Source of the DNA: an uncultured Lachnospiraceae bacterium
Lineage (GTDB): Bacteria; Bacillota; Clostridia; Lachnospirales; Lachnospiraceae
Length of the DNA: 21,762 bases
NCBI GenBank assembly: GCA_964605105.1
Contig: CAZSBV010000005.1
Coordinates: 1-21,762, forward strand
Reading direction: 5' to 3'
The position numbers and the translations under genes were made by a program. This document shows, one piece after another, positions 21,171-21,762 of this stretch (positions are counted from its first letter, which is position 1; each line of letters begins with the position of its first letter). The notes below the pieces were generated by a model. That model saw only the letters and a list, made by a program, of their open reading frames with translations, ran no database searches and had not been told where the DNA came from.

Positions 21171-21661
21171 TATCCCCCTCCTGCGGTCTCTTTCACCTCT
21201 TTAAGCCATTCATCAAGATGTTTCTTTTTGGCTGTTTCAAACCAGTGATCTGTAGCATCACGATTACTGTAAGTTATATTTTCCTTTGCTTTCGTTTCAC
21301 CGGAAAATTCAGAAACCAATACTTTTTTTGCGCCTTTTCTTGCCCAGGGAGAACCGGTAACTTCATCAACCATTACCTTCCCTTCATAAAGAAATCTTCC
21401 AAATGGTGGTGCTGCTGCAACTACTGTTCCACTGCCTGCCAGAGATTCACTCATAGCTCTAGTAACATCAATAAACACTCCGTCTCTATGCGGCATATAA
21501 GGGACCATAGAAGCCATAACCATGCTGTCTAAAACATATTGAGCATCCTCATACTGTTTTTCAAAGCGTGATAAATCTACTTCTAACTCAATAGCCGCAC
21601 CTTTTCCATGCTTTGAGTATTTGGATTTAACTTTGGTGAGCATCTTTCTTTTCTTTGCCAT
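21170..21661 (-). CDS. Head-tail joining / tail completion protein (HK97 gp10-like or minor capsid family)
   Basis: Called on synteny and size (163 aa). Confidence 0.45.
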   Translation of the reverse strand: MAKKRKMLTKVKSKYSKHGKGAAIELEVDLSRFEKQYEDAQYVLDSMVMASMVPYMPHRDGVFIDVTRAMSESLAGSGTVVAAAPPFGRFLYEGKVMVDEVTGSPWARKGAKKVLVSEFSGETKAKENITYSNRDATDHWFETAKKKHLDEWLKEVKETAGGG

Positions 21662-21663
21662 GG

Positions 21664-21762
21664 CTACTTACCTACGATTTCAAAATGTGGGATAGATTTC
21701 AATTTAGATACAGAAGTAATAGCAAATACATAATCATATTTTTTCTGCATATCGCTGAAAAA
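21664..21762 (-). CDS. 3-prime end of an upstream head-tail connector-region gene (partial, runs off the window)
   Basis: Open frame ...FSDMQKKYDYVFAITSVSKLKSIPHFEIVGK ends at a TAG 2 nt before the next start. Confidence 0.4.
   Translation of the reverse strand, partial: FFSDMQKKYDYVFAITSVSKLKSIPHFEIVGK

Larger units (their letters stand above)
1..21762. mobile_element. Temperate siphovirus-like phage genome segment in vegetative (attP-intact) gene order
   Basis: Continuous phage modules with no host-like genes. Tail and lysis genes on the minus strand converge on a serine integrase on the plus strand. An immunity region and a divergent early/replication operon follow. Confidence 0.85.

Noticed and set aside
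1-21762. Search for CRISPR arrays, tRNA/tmRNA, rRNA, IS/transposase genes, reverse transcriptase (retron/DGR), and known multi-gene defence systems (RM, CBASS, Thoeris-like, etc.)
   Set aside because: I saw no regularly spaced direct repeats, no cloverleaf or T-loop (GTTCRANYC-type) candidates with matching stems, and no ORFs with RT, transposase, methyltransferase, cyclase, TIR or SIR2 motifs. The scan was by eye and is not exhaustive.

Overview
The whole 21.8-kb window is phage DNA: a low-GC, Firmicutes/Clostridia-type temperate siphovirus-like genome in vegetative gene order, with the lysin-integrase junction intact. The minus strand from 21762 to 12410 carries head-tail joining genes, major tail protein, two tail-assembly proteins, an 834-aa tape measure, distal-tail and tail-tip proteins, and a GH25 endolysin. 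The plus strand from about 7640 to 12314 is a mosaic immunity/lysogeny region. It holds an orphan promoter-to-terminator unit, an AT-rich XRE + 150-aa cassette, a CI/LexA-like repressor, a Trp-rich zinc-ribbon membrane protein and a large serine integrase. The minus strand from 7619 to 1 is the early operon: Cro-like HTH, BRO-N/ORF6C antirepressor, small proteins, SMC-like ATPase, RecT-like annealase, PD-(D/E)XK exonuclease, Ref-like HNH protein, RusA and a DnaD-like replisome organiser. I saw no rRNA, tRNA, CRISPR array, IS element or reverse transcriptase. The most interesting material lies between 7.6 and 10.9 kb. (1) A GAAC-N4-GTTC (Cheo/LexA-type) box overlies the -35 of a promoter for an unannotated 36-aa ORF. 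It sits beside a CI-like repressor that seems to lack both the S24 nucleophile serine and an Ala-Gly cleavage site, which suggests an SOS-controlled micro-antirepressor switch. (2) The CI-like gene is paired with the zinc-ribbon membrane gene at the classic superinfection-exclusion position. (3) A self-contained AT-rich XRE + unknown 150-aa cassette has its own promoter and operators. (4) Two divergent promoters share one -10 region, with repeated operator motifs and a roughly 380-nt orphan transcript. Elsewhere there is a promoter-plus-terminator-defined antisense sRNA candidate opposite a 45-aa two-TM peptide, two attP-like inverted repeats flanking int, and no holin next to the endolysin. 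All protein family calls rest on motif recognition by eye and on synteny; no database search was possible.
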